DNA from: Felis catus
Lineage: Eukaryota
Assembly: GCF_018350175.1 (NCBI RefSeq)
Contig: NC_058368.1
Span: forward strand, 52,267,815-52,331,814
DNA length: 64,000 bases
Direction: 5' to 3'
This document shows, in pieces, positions 24,796-37,152 of this stretch. The notes below the pieces were generated by a model that saw only the letters and a list, made by a program, of their open reading frames with translations, made no database searches and had not been told where the DNA came from. Every line of letters starts with the position of its first letter. The first letter of the stretch is position 1. The position numbers and the translations under genes were made by a program.

Positions 24796-26112
24796 GGGAC
24801 TCACGTTAAGGAATACATTATATGGGCACTTTACAATAAATTATATTAATCTCACCTGTGATTATGAGCCAGTTCCGAGTCTGCGGTCCAGGGCTGCTCA
24901 GGGCCTTTGTAACTTCTATGACATTACCGGTGTGGAAATATCTCATTTCTCACATCTACTTCAAGGAAAAAATGTTAGAAGAAAAATAAAAGCGGAAAGA
25001 AAACAAAACCTAGAACGGATACTATATGACTAAAAACTTTGGCATTCAGAAGCTTGAGTTTAATGACAGTGAAGGTAGAGTATTATTGACATTATCTGAA
25101 ACATATTTCAGAAGTGTTCTCAAGGGTCCACCTGTCAATCAGGTCTTTATTAAAAATTACCTTAAATATCATTACCTGAAAAATAGTTAGAATTGCTTGA
25201 AATTGAAATACATAGATTCATCAGACGTAAAGGGAAGACTTTTCTGAAACTGTGTTGTGAATAAAATATAAACAGCTACATCGAGTTATAACAACCAATT
25301 AACAGAAAATATTCTGGAGTCACGATTATATACTCCTATTGGTGCGATATAACAATTTCTCTCAAAATATGGTGTTTTCGTTTCTCAAGAGCACTTAATT
25401 GATGGTTTTGAATTGCAGTGATTTGTTAAGACTGTTATTTGCCAGTGGCCCACAGTCATATCCGTGATGCCTAGGGAACAGACAGGAACCGACACTGGGA
25501 ATAAAGTAAGCCGGATAGCTGCTTATTTTACGTACAATTACAGGTACTGAAATTCATTACAAATTTTACGGAGCAGCTAAAAAAATGTAATAAGAGTCAA
25601 GAGAATGTAAGTATTTAGAAATGATACATGCTGCAAAGAGGCCTTTAAGAACGTGACTTCCTGAGGAATCCTCATTTGACAAATTGCCCGGCACGTGGAG
25701 CTGAAAAAGCCTTAAGTTCAGAAAGCCGAGTAAGTGCCACAGAATTGAATCAAACTTCTGGAATTTTCTCTCTGCCTGCTCTGCTGAGTGTTTTTCCTGG
25801 GTGTAAAAGTAAAAGGTCCTGGTATTTTCTTTTTAATTGCTATACTTCCACAGTCCTAGGAATTTGGGAATCAATTTGGGACTAAGAATCATGCCAGGAA
25901 GATAAATTACATTCATATGTCAGATATCGCCTCACAATGCTATCTAGCTCAGCAGGCTATAATGAGCCCCCACTCACCAGGCCAAGCTCCAGCCAAAAAA
26001 ATAAATAAATATATAAATAAAAGAACACCTACTGTTTCTCCATCAAGGGCAACTCTCTCAGAGGGCAAACAAAAGCAACAGAGGGAGGCCAACCGGATCC
26101 ATGCACTACGTC

Positions 26113-26157
26113 GGGTTGCTATGCAACCCTCTGTGCACGTTGGGCAGCAACAGATGG
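26113..26157. promoter_or_regulatory. RFX X-box-like palindrome and nearby CAGATG E-box
   Basis: GGGTTGC-TAT-GCAACCC (26113-26129) and AACAGATGG (26149-26157) in unique, locally CpG-containing sequence. Confidence 0.45.
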
Positions 26158-26984
26158 ACGTTTTGAATAGAATTAATGCCCCTCTGACCCATGTTTTAAA
26201 TAGTGCCCAAACCTACTGCCTGATGAATTCTATTAACTATAGGCATACTTACACATATAAAATATAGCATCATAAGTGACATTGTTATTACCCTCCTTAC
26301 TAACATAAAGTCATAAATCTATTGGCAAAATTTGAGACCGATAATATTCAATGAGATATTTCTATTTTTTTCTCCTTTTCTTGATAAATGAATCACTGAT
26401 GTCTCATAACCTTGGGCTACATATTTCCTTATAGTGTTGCTCTGATTCGATATGCAAACCTGCAATGCCTACTCTGAGTTTCAGTTTCATTTTTACATGG
26501 AGTCCTGCTTCTTCCTCAGCCATTGTCACCTGTGAGCTCTGGGCATTGTGTTAGAGACCTCTTTTTATTGTAACTTTAAGAAAGAACATAACACGGAATA
26601 AATATTTTATACACCTTTGTGAGGACAATGTTGTAACCATGTTCCTGATTGAACAATCAATCTGAAGTCTATACCCAAAGCTGCAAAAGTTCTCTGTGCA
26701 CCTGCCTTCTGCCCAGGCCAAATTTAAGCCACTTTTCATCACTTGTGGTAAGTAGATTTCAAAGGAATCAGTGTGCTCTCAAGGGTGACCCGGCTAAGAT
26801 CCTCTCGTTAGGTCTCTTAAATTTTATATACCATGTGATTTTATAAGTTTGATATATACAGTGTAAGAACTCAAGAAGGAGGGGTATCAGTTCTTTAAAA
26901 AAAAACTAGCAGTATAGCATGTAATATTGACAGGAAGCAGCTTTAAAATTTTAATGAAGACTCTCTATAGTAGCTTATCTTCAT

Positions 26985-27172
26985 AAAGTGGTGTAGAAAA
27001 AGAGCACTGGGCTAGTGGAAGGAACCTAGTGAGGATCTTGATCCTATCCCTGCACCTCAAGAGCCTTACGATCTTAAAAAAAAGTTTTGCTACCTTTCTT
27101 GATGCCAATTTCCTCACCTGTAACCTGAAGAGGTTTTGGCTAGATATTCCTTTAAAGTTTCCTTTAACTATT
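26985..27172 (+). mobile_element. MIR
   Basis: 'GAAAAAGAGCACTGGGCT...TTTCCTCACCTGTAA...TAGATATTCCTTTAAAG'. Confidence 0.7.
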
Positions 27173-27402
27173 AGGAGAATTTCCGTTCTCTTGAATAGAT
27201 AAAGACGCAGTTAAAGGCGAGATGAACAGCAATTACACTCCTAGCTGAGCATGGGGACAATCATTTTCAAAGCCCAATATTCACAAGTAATTATAAAATT
27301 CTTCTCTTGAGGAAGAAGCTGAAAAGCCCTTAGACTCCAGACAGAGAATATTCTGGGGTCTCTGTCTTGGTTTTGTGCTTTCATTCCTTTCATTCCTTGC
27401 AG

Positions 27403-27995
27403 GTGCTTATATCCAGGGGAAAAGAGGTGCTCGGGCAGCTTCCAAAGCAGTGCTGCTTCTCTGTCAGGCCTCCCGCTGGAACCCAGTGTGCCTTTGTTTT
27501 GGAAATATGAGCTTGGTGTTCCGCCACTGCGTGCTCAGTCTCGCAGTCCCCTCGCTGAGAGCCATCACTTATCTGTGCGTGCATATATATATGCATGCTT
27601 ACGTACGTTCCTATGGAGAAATATTTGCTTGGTTGTGTTTGCTCATTCTCCCACCTCCCTTGAAGGCCCCAGGGCTGGGAAATGTGGCATCTTGGATTAT
27701 GTTGTCATCTCCGGCCAAGATTTAGTGTTAATGACCTTACGGGCTCTGACCCCTTGGATACCAACTGACGTAATCACACGAAAGCAATCTAGTCCAGGAA
27801 CCAACTGGTCCCCATCTCTGTAGTTCCATACACTTTCTGATGAAACAAGGGATTTGATTTAGTCCTACATTTATTCTGGTATTTATTATATTGTATTTCA
27901 TTGAATTCTCAAGTTGCATGTTTTTTTTTTTTAATTACAGCTCCCTCGTTATTGTTTTATTATATAAATAAACGTTTGACCTTTGTAATATTTTA
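27403..27995 (+). other. Candidate terminal non-coding exon
   Basis: Strong acceptor TTTCATTCCTTTCATTCCTTGCAG|G; AATAAA at 27967-27972. Confidence 0.3.
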
Positions 27996-28039
27996 TATCA
28001 TAAACTTTTTGTCTATTAGATATTCACATTTTAAAGATC

Positions 28040-28182
28040 TAAAATATAAAAAGTTTATAAATACATAAATATATTTTATATTTATAAATATAAGTTTATA
28101 TATAACATATATAAGTTTATATATAAGTTTAATATTTTAAATATATTTTAATTTTATATTATATATATATATTTGTACATAT
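28040..28182. repeat. AT-rich low-complexity tract
   Basis: Imperfect TATAAGTTTATATA-like units. Confidence 0.85.
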
Positions 28183-28489
28183 TTCCAAAAATGAACTTAG
28201 TTTAGAGACTACTACATGCCCAGTAAGTTGTAGATATGGCAAACCAGAGCCATCAGGAATAAATGAGTACTGACAGATAACATATATTTGAATGTTGTAC
28301 CCCATGCGTGCTTTTGTTTAAGTTCACAATGAGGAGAACCCCACAACTCGGTCTTCTTCATTGTATAAGTTGGGATTCGAGGAATGATGCCCAGGAGTGA
28401 TAAAGAGGGACAGCTGAAAAAGCATTTTTATGCACAGTTTATGTCACAGTGTTGAGTATATATCTTTAAGATGGAGTAATTACTAATTC

Positions 28490-28640
28490 ATAACTTCTTA
28501 GAGCTATAAAGGCCTTTAAGATTTTTCTAGGCCAATTACTTTCCTTTTCCAAGTGAGAAAATTGAATCTGGAGTATGTAGATTTAGGTTTAGAGTGATTT
28601 TGTAGTAGGTAGTTTAGCCGAGGTTTTTTCTGGACTCAAA
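28490..28640 (-). mobile_element. MIR-like fragment
   Basis: 'TTAGAGCTATAAAGGCCTTTAAGATTTTTCTAG...TTTTCCAAGTGAGAAAATTGA'. Confidence 0.55.
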
Positions 28641-30042
28641 TAATGTACTAGGGTGTTCCCAAAGTAGCTAATTTCCTTTTTTTTGTTTTCCTTCTGGGAA
28701 AATATCATTTAAAAACATACATAAGAAAATAACTTTGCTCTAAAAACAAGTAATATTATGTTTAAATTTCTGTTATGTTAAACTTCTGTAAATTTCCCTC
28801 AGCTATTGCTTCAAATATACAAATTTGTGGCTAGAATACCACTTCAAGAATAAGATTCATAAGTAAAATCATCAACGAAGAATTAAATTTCCCTTTGGAC
28901 TAACTTGTTTCATTCTTATTGAATCTGTAACATTTAAAAACTAGTGTGAAATGTTTCTCAAATCCATGGAACTACTGAATTTTCATCTCATAATTTGCAT
29001 ATCCATTTGATTTGTAGACAGTTCTACTTGCTTGAGCCTCTGGGTAAATGCAGTAAATTTTCAGGTTGGTTCTTACGTCTAGAGATTTGCATTGGAACAT
29101 CATATAAGGTATGAATCAAAATATATATACCTTCATGGCTTGTAATGGACCTTGTTGGTAATTTGGTAGAGCTGTGACTTGTCTGTGAGGCCAGCCACTT
29201 TACTTCTGATGCAAGAAGTAAAAGGAGTAAGTCCAAATTTCAGCAGTGGGGCTCTCCAGACTTCCTCCAGGACTTTCTGTGCTCTTCAGGGCATATCGTA
29301 AGTACTCAGATCCCCCCTCAAGACTCGTGATACTGTTTTGAATCAACCTATTTGTTGCATTTGCATGATTTAGTTTCTCATTCTAATTCCTAGCATAAGT
29401 AGGATATTTAGTAGAACTTAGTATAAATATTACCTTATGCTTTATCTGGGAGAAGTGTTTCAATATGTATATGGATCGAAATAGGGAGAAATTCTGTATG
29501 ATCAAGCTCCTTATTGTTCTTTAAACCCATGCTAGATGAGGGAACATAACTTCCAAACGAACTACTTACATCTAAGGTACAAGAATGTTTATCTAAAATA
29601 ATTTTAAACCAATTGAAATGTCAGAACTTCAAAACATTTTCATTTAAAACAAGTCTTTCTCCGAAAGACGTTTCAAACCAGGCACCCATTATAGGTGTGT
29701 TACATCTCCGATCTTGTCCAGAGAGAGAAACTGGATTTAATGGAAATTTAATTTTTTTTTTCTACGACTGGTTGGTTCCATCTGGCTTAACCTCATGTCT
29801 GACTTACTACTGGAGAAATCCTGAGCTGTTGGAGAGTGGCAGCTTCTTTTCCGGGACCAGTCATCACAGGAGCTGTGTTAGATACCAGTTTATGGGTGCT
29901 GCTAACAACCAACCAGGCTCCCAATTCAACGCAGAGCTTTCCTGTTCTTTAACCAGCCGAGAAGTACAAATACGTTTGGAAATTATCTGAAATGATCTAT
30001 TCTGTGTTGTTTAAAGTCATACAAACTTTAGTATATACAACT

Positions 30043-30412
30043 CAGTGATTCTCAAAGTGTGGAGCCTGGGCCAGTACTATGTGGGAACTTATTAGAAGTG
30101 CAAATTTTCAAATTTTCAGGGCCTACCCCCGTTGAATCGGAAACTACAGGTAGAGCCCTGGCAATCTGTGTTTAAATTAATTCTCCAGAGGCACCTGGGT
30201 GGCTCAGTGGGTTAAGAAGGCCGACTCTTGATTTCAGGCCAGGTCATGATCTCATGGTTTATGAGGTCAAGCCCCTGTCTGGCTCCACCCTGACAGTGTG
30301 GAGTCTGCTTGGGATTCTCTCTCTCCATCTCTCTGCCCCTCCCCCACTCTCGCTCTCAAAATTAATTAATTAATTCTCCAGATGTTTCTGATGCATCCTA
30401 ATTAACACTAGT
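30043..30412. mobile_element. MER5A-type hAT-Charlie element interrupted by a SINE
   Basis: CAGTGATTCTCAAAGTGTGG start, 'TGGGAACTTATTAGAAGTGCAAATT', 'TGAATCGGAAACT', 'GCAATCTGTGTTTAA', 'TTCTGATGCA'. Confidence 0.85.
30188..30367 (+). mobile_element. Can-SINE in MER5
   Basis: TSD AATTAATTCTCCAGA. Confidence 0.93.
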
Positions 30413-30507
30413 GATCAAATTCCACTACACTTCATTCGTCCCATTTTTTTTTTTGATTAAGCAAAATGAGGTGGGAGACACAGAAAAGTTAATTTTACAA
30501 AGATGGC

Positions 30508-30885
30508 TGTACCAGTCAGCACAGAAGAATGTCTTGAGTGTGGAGTGTCATGGCCACAAATAATATTAAATTAGGGAAAACATAGAATATAGGAGCTTTT
30601 AGACTCAACACGCCAGAATGGCAGGCATGAAAACAGGAAGCCCCAACCAGACCGCAATGCTATCATCCTTCTCTGCCTCTCTAGGCTCCTTTACCCCGCC
30701 CAGCAGCATGGAGTTAGTTCTCCCACCACCAATTGGCTTTCCTCATGCCTGGGGAGGCCACATAGGAGGTTTTATGATTGGCAGAGCTGGGTCACATGCT
30801 CACACTAAACCCATGACTGCCTGGGGTCTTTCCTGGCAGTCAAATTAGGGAACAAGAAGAGGAAGAAGCCAGATTAGAAACACAG
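30508..30885 (-). mobile_element. Probable MLT1 LTR fragment
   Basis: 'ATTGGCAGAGCTGGGTCACATGCTCAC' and overall MLT1 antisense pattern. Confidence 0.5.
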
Positions 30886-31913
30886 GCATAACCGCTGAGA
30901 AAAATAAGTGTATTTTCTGAAATTATTTTTTGCTTTGGAAAATCGTTCCTTCTAGGAAGGTTCAATTCTCTCAGGCTGAGAACTATTTAGACACCAATTT
31001 TTTAAATGTTTAACACTAATATTTACGCTATTTATTAATGTACTAATTATTAATACACTAATATTTAACACTAATATATGGACTACAGTTGTGTTTCATG
31101 GATTTTGTCTCCAAGCAAAGGAGGAAAGTAATGCCAAAGTAGAGGACAGGATGGGTTTAATAACAGCCAGTGCCTTTGTCTGAGTCAATTGCTATATTTT
31201 ACTCTTGAAAAAAAGCTACAGTTAAGTACCCACATTTGCCCACACGGCTGTTCAAGGAGTTGTAGTACTTGGCTAAAAGCTACAAGGATAATTTGATTAA
31301 TTTCCTTATTAGTGAAACATTTATTAAACACCTACTGTGTGCCAAGTATTGTGATAAAAAACATACAGTCCTTCTCACAATGAATCCTCATTCCAACATG
31401 TGAAATAGTCATAGAAATAAGTTGTGAGACGAAGATATTGAGGAGATTGCCAAACGCTCTTAAGGAATCACTAATTGGTTTTTAGGAGTAGTCTTATTTT
31501 CTGCAGGCTTTTTTTTCCTCCTGACAGTAGTTGGATTTGGAGAGGAGTAAATACATAACAAGCAGGCACTAAACTTGCCAATTAATATACACACCTGGTG
31601 ATGCCCATTTATCCATGCTCCCCGACCCCAAAGAGGAAAAGAAAAGGTAATAACGTTTTTACATCCTTAGCTCATTTTGCATGACAATATTACTGCATAT
31701 CGGCAGTCAGAGCAATTGTGAACAGAAGTTTTAAAAATCCTTTCAACATATCTCTTCTCCATAGGGCCACAATTAATTGACACTTTGCATGCTTATCACC
31801 AAACCTCACAAAAAGTGTAACAGCTCTGGTCTTTAATATAAGAAAACTGCAACTCAGAAAGACTCTTTAATGTATGTAGTAGACCATAAACTCCATGTGG
31901 CGTGTATGGTAGT

Positions 31914-32030
31914 CTATAAGCTCCATGACAACAGGAGCTGTGCTTGGCATTCATTGTGTCCCCCACCTAGCAAGGTGCCTGGCACACAGTAGGTTAGCAA
32001 AAATGTTGATTGAATGAATGAATTAAATAA
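31914..32030 (+). mobile_element. L2 3' end
   Basis: 'CTATAAGCTCCATGA...GTGCCTGGCACACAGTAGG...TGAATGAATGAAT'. Confidence 0.88.
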
Positions 32031-32436
32031 CGGATGGGTGGATGTGAAGGAATTGGAACTGGACCAAACGCTGTATGACTCTGTCATGAGCGCGCTACAA
32101 AGGCGTGCACACAAGTTGTGTCTTTCCACAGTGTCAGTCATAAAACAAAGTGAATCGCAGTTGTAAAGCAGGTTCAGGACTCCAAACTCAATGACATCGC
32201 ACCATGTGATCCCATTTGGCTTCTTACACAGCACACAGAGCAGGACATAAGACGAGCCACACAACAAACAAGAGAACAGAAGGGTGTAGGAAGTTAAGGA
32301 TCCAAACGTGAAGGCAGTCTGTGGGCGTGTAGTTGAGATGAAGCCTCAGTCCAGTCTGGGTCAGCTCTTACCGCTTGTTATGTCAAAGCAGTGAAGGTTC
32401 TCAGTTCTGTTCCTACATCAATCAGGCAGATTGCCT

Positions 32437-32640
32437 TTTTTTTTTTTAATTTTTGAGACAGAGAGAGACAGAGCATGAACGGGGGAGGGGCAGAGAGAGA
32501 GGGAGACACAGAATCGGAAACAGGCTCCAGGCTCTGAGCCATCAGCCCAGAGCCCGACGCAGGGCTCGAACTCACAGATCGTGAGATCGTGACCTGAGTC
32601 GAAGTTGGACGCTTAACCGACTGAGCCACCCAGGCGCCCC
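32437..32640 (-). mobile_element. Young felid Can-SINE
   Basis: Near consensus; TSD CAGATTGCCT. Confidence 0.97.
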
Positions 32641-33187
32641 CAGATTGCCTGTTTTAAGTGAACACACATAGAGAGGTCACGTCTGAAGAGTCTGACAGTT
32701 TGCTGCAACAAAAATCCTCCCCTTTTTAAAGGGGTTTAATCACCTGGGCCCCTTCAGACTGCCTCTGGTTCTGCACGTTACCAGGTTTGGGTGCTAGCTG
32801 ATGCTGGTCCCAGGGAGATTTTGTAGTTACAGTACTTCTAACTGCTTACGTCGTTGCTTGACACAGGACCCTGCTTGACATGAGAGACTCCATTTTGCTC
32901 TCTACAGACTCTAAAACCCAATGTTACTCATCTCATGCTATATTTCATGGCTTTTTGACATCTATAAAAGAAAGTCTACAAAGTGTGGCAATGAAAGCCT
33001 TACATGACCTTGTACCAGTCTTTGTACCTTTCCAGTATTGCCTTTTAAGAATTTCATTATATCAATGAAGTACTATTTGACCTAGGCCAAGATATTCAAA
33101 TCTGCTGAACGTGCCATGCTCATTCTTTTTCCTTTAATTTAAACTTCAGTCGCATCTGAAATGTGTTCCCTTGTCCTCATCTACTAC

Positions 33188-33417
33188 CAGTATTGCTCAA
33201 CTGGATGTAGTCCTGCCAATTAGGGAGTTATCTGGAAGGATGTGGGGACATTTTTAGTTCTTACACATGATTAGCGGCCTCTATTAACATATAATAAGGA
33301 GTCCAGGGATGCGAAATGTCTTGCAATGCATGGGAGCATCCTGCATGGTGAAGAATTATCCCAAATGCCAAACGGCAATAATCTAAATGCCAATGCCAAT
33401 GACACTAAGAAACAGTG
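33188..33417. mobile_element. MER20-like hAT-Charlie element
   Basis: CAGTATTGCTCAAC start, 'GGGGACATTTTTAG', 'CCAGGGATGCGAAATGTCTTGCAATGCA', 'AAGAATTATCC', AGAAACAGTG end. Confidence 0.7.
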
Positions 33418-33744
33418 TGTATCAAATTCACTCTAGAGTCAGTATTATGTACTTATGATTTGGTCCTTAGAGTTACCCTGTTTTTAATCCCATCTATGTC
33501 ACTTAATAGTTCTATTATTTTGAGTCATGCAATGTCTTGCAACTTTAGTTTCCTCAACTGCAAAATGGGTTTAGTAATGCTTTTCAGCAATGAGATAAGG
33601 AGTAGAGATGAGAAATACAAGATGCTAGCATGCAGGTGATTTTTAATAGGTGGTTACTATTCTTAACAGCTCTCTAGAATCTAACATCAAGCCTCTTCCT
33701 CCCTGCTATCCAAGCTGAGAATATTCTTTCCTTCCTCTTAACCA

Positions 33745-34420
33745 CTGTATTTTAGTCAAGGACCTTTTAGTTACAAAAAAAGAGAGACTTTTTCAAGTCA
33801 TCTCAGGAGAGCAAGAAGAAGATTATTGAGAAGATACTGTATTAGTTAGGACCATATGCTATAAGTGACAGGAAACTCAAGTAAAACTGACTTAGTACAA
33901 AAATATATCAGTTCAGATACTTTATAGCATACTACAAATTCCACGTGGATAGTTAAGCTCTGTGGGAGAAGAGCTTGTTCAGTTTATTCATAGTTGGCTT
34001 TATTCTCATTCTCCAGATGGCTGTCTTTTGGCAAATTCAGACTTTCCTCTATGTGATCACAATGGGTGCTGCAGTTAACAGAGCTCATATCCTTCCACTA
34101 GCCAGTTCTGGAGAAGAGAATAAGAGCTTCTAGCAGATCCCAGGGAGGAAATAACTTCTGTCTCTCGGAAACCCCTTGCAACTCATAGGCTTTGGGAAGG
34201 TTTATGCATTCTAAACCAATCATAAGGTAGGGGTTGGAAGTATTGGGGGGGAAATAATTATTTGCTTAAGCCAGTTAGAACTCAGCCCTGAAATTGAGTG
34301 GCAACTCAACCTTCTCCTTTCCCCACAAAACAAATGAGAATGGGAAGGAATGTTTTCCCAAGAGATAGAATTGCTAGCAAGGGAGAGAAGGAAGTGGGAT
34401 GCTGTGGTACAAAATATGAC
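33745..34420 (-). mobile_element. MLT1-type LTR fragments
   Basis: TGTATTAGTTAGG start, 'GTGACAGGAAACTCAAGTAAAACTGACTTA', later 'CTAAACCAATCA' and 'TTCCCCACAAAAC...TTTTCCCAAGAG'. Confidence 0.6.
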
Positions 34421-35695
34421 CACTAGAGTAATAGGGGCTGTAGCTTAGATTTTTTTCAAGACCAGAATAAGTAGGCAGGCAACTGTAAAAATCACTTTAA
34501 TAGGGTAATACCATAATATGTGCTGAGCCCTGCTTTTTCAGCTCTGAGGCTGTGTAACTAGGAACAAAATGGCCACCAACCACACCCTATGGGAGCTTGT
34601 CTTCAGATGGTGGAAACAGTAAAACAAAAAGACAGTTAATACTTAGAGGCCCCCTCCCTAAGAATAGTTTACTTGTATGTAAGTCTGTTTATTTAGAATT
34701 TTGAAGAGAATAAAATCAACCAGCATCAACTTGTGTCAATGGTGGGCAGAACTACTATGTTTTTGCTTTTGTATGTAAGCTTTTTGGAATTACAAAAGGC
34801 TTAGGATTTTTGTTTTGTTATTTGTTTGTTTGGTTTTGCAAATGTAATGTTTCAAATTGTGGAGAAAGTGCTTTGCTAGGAGCACATGGTGCCTTAGCAA
34901 TGCTAAAAAATAATGGTACTAGAGAGTAGATTGAACACCAAAACTACATCTTAATCCAAATTCAGGAAATTAAGAGCCTCCACTTGAGACTGGTGGATGG
35001 AATGCTGTTCTTAGAAATGAACAGTTTTGTGAAAACAGGGAGGGTGAAGATCTGGGGGAGTTTACTTGCCACACTAGAATTCTTATATTAGCCATTATTT
35101 TCAAGAACTCTATCACCATTTAGGCAAACAAGGGAACTCATATTGAACATTTTGGGTGTCTATCTTTTATCTCTTCAAGTAGATCATATTCTCTTTTCAT
35201 TTCATCTTGTACACCCAGTTACCACACAGGTGATAGTATACTTAATAATTCTTAGTCATTGGGTTAAATAAATCAAAATAGAAGGATAAAGGTGGAGTAC
35301 ATTTTAGTAGCAGAAATAATATTTGTCATCAATCCTCAAACTCTATATTGTCTCTTTGTCCTCCTGGAAAACAAATTAAGGCTTAAGAGTGTTACAGATT
35401 CTAACCATTTGGGAGGAATTGAATAGGAAATAATTAATCAAGTAATAAAGACTAGTAATAGAAGTTTATTCTCAAATAAACTATGCTAATAAACAGTGAG
35501 GTTTTGCTGCTTTTAAGGAATTCATTTGTCGGAAGACAAAAAAACCCATACTATGGTCAGGGACATTGAGCCAAAGGCTCTCAATAATAAGCCAAAGTCT
35601 CTCATGAAGGGGCCTCTGGTGGTAAGTAAAATACAGACCAGGTTGTGAACATTTTTCTTACCAAGCAGGAGTATCAGATCAATATTAAGGGATTC

Positions 35696-35911
35696 TTTTT
35701 TTTTTTTTAATTTTTTAATGACTATTTTAGAGAGAGAGAGAGAGAGAATAAGTGGGGGAGGGACAGAGAGAGAGGGAGACAGAATTCAAAGCAGGCTCCA
35801 GGCTCTGAGCTGTCAGCACAGAGCCCAATGCAGGGCTTGAACCCATGAACCATGAGATCATGACCGGAGCCAAAGTCAGACACTGAACCAACTGAGCCAC
35901 CCAGGTGCCCC
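35696..35911 (-). mobile_element. Can-SINE
   Basis: Full SINE; TSD CAATATTAAGGG / CAATATTCAGGG. Confidence 0.95.
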
Positions 35912-36254
35912 AATATTCAGGGCTTTTTAAATAGGAGACTATGGGTGTCTTTATGGAAGCTATAAATTCTCAACCCTTCTCTCTGCCCAGGCAATAAAAG
36001 GTAAATGTCTGTAAATTTCTGGTGAAATAGTCAACAATTTTCCCCAAACTTGTAAAGAGATCTGTAACCTGAAAAAAAAAAAAAAATCAGACCTACTGTT
36101 CTATTGTTATCAGAAAAAAAAAAAAGAAAGAAAAAGAAAACATTATCAATGGAAACAAAGCCTTTGTTATGCTGTGGTAAGATAGGTCCTATTGTACCTT
36201 GCTGTTGTTGCCCATTTGGCATGTGTATCTAGTGAAGAGGTGTGAGTACAGGTG

Positions 36255-37152
36255 TGTCCAAATGTAAATTTATCTTCCCTATTTCAACCAACAGCACTCA
36301 CATCTTTCTAGTCAATCAGGTATAACTCCACAGATTCATCATTCTTCTATCATCTCTTCTCTTCATATGCCACATCCAGCTCTTTAGCAAATTCTGTTCC
36401 ATTTAACTTCAACACATACCCGGGATTCAACCATGGCTCATCATTTCCACTACCACCACCATGGCTTGAGCCACCATTATATCCCACCGGGTTTTTGCAA
36501 TAGTTTCCCAATCGGTCTCCCTGCTTCTGCTTCTGTGCCCTTCACTCTACTCCCAACACCATCAGAGACCTCCCATCAGATTCAAGTCAGATTATTCCCC
36601 TCCTGTGTTCAATACATTCCCACCCCTTCCTATTTTACTCAAAGTGTGCTCTCTCATCTGCAAGGTCCTACATGACATGGCTTTACGTTACCTTTCTGAA
36701 CTCATCTCCTGTTATTCTTGTGAGAGAGTGAAATCACGTGCTTCTGGCTTCATTCGTGTTCTTATTATTCCATAAATGCAGCAAGTTTACTCCTGCCTCA
36801 GGGACTTTGTTCTTGTTGTTCTTTTTTTTTTTTTTTTTCTGGAATACTCTTTGACCAGCTACCCATACAATTTGTTCTCTCCTTCAGGTTTGTTTGTTCG
36901 TTTTTAAAGTCACTTCCTCTGAGAAGCCTTCTCTGGCTTAGCCACCCTGTTAAAAATCTCAACCTCAACTACTTCACCTGCTTCATTTTTCCAATTTGAA
37001 ATGTAATATGTATTTACTCACTTTGTTTATTGTCTTCCCCAATAGAATTCATATGTTATAAAGACAGATTTTGGTCTGTTTACACTCATTGCTGTATGCC
37101 CAGTGTCTCCAATAGTCCGTGGTCCACAAGCAGACACTCAATATACATTTGT
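36255..37152 (+). mobile_element. L2 (3' portion)
   Basis: 'CACATCCAGCTCTTTAGCAAATTCTGT...CCTGCCTCAGGGACTTTG...CACTTCCTCTGAGAAGCCTTCTCTG...CACTCAATATACATTTGT'. Confidence 0.88.

Noticed and set aside
29077..29205. Minus-strand 129-nt AG/GT-bounded segment with one open frame
   Set aside because: Peptide unrecognisable, no partner coding exons; such signal pairs are common by chance.
31011..31077. Imperfect ACACTAATATTTA tandem units
   Set aside because: Ordinary AT-rich slippage repeat.
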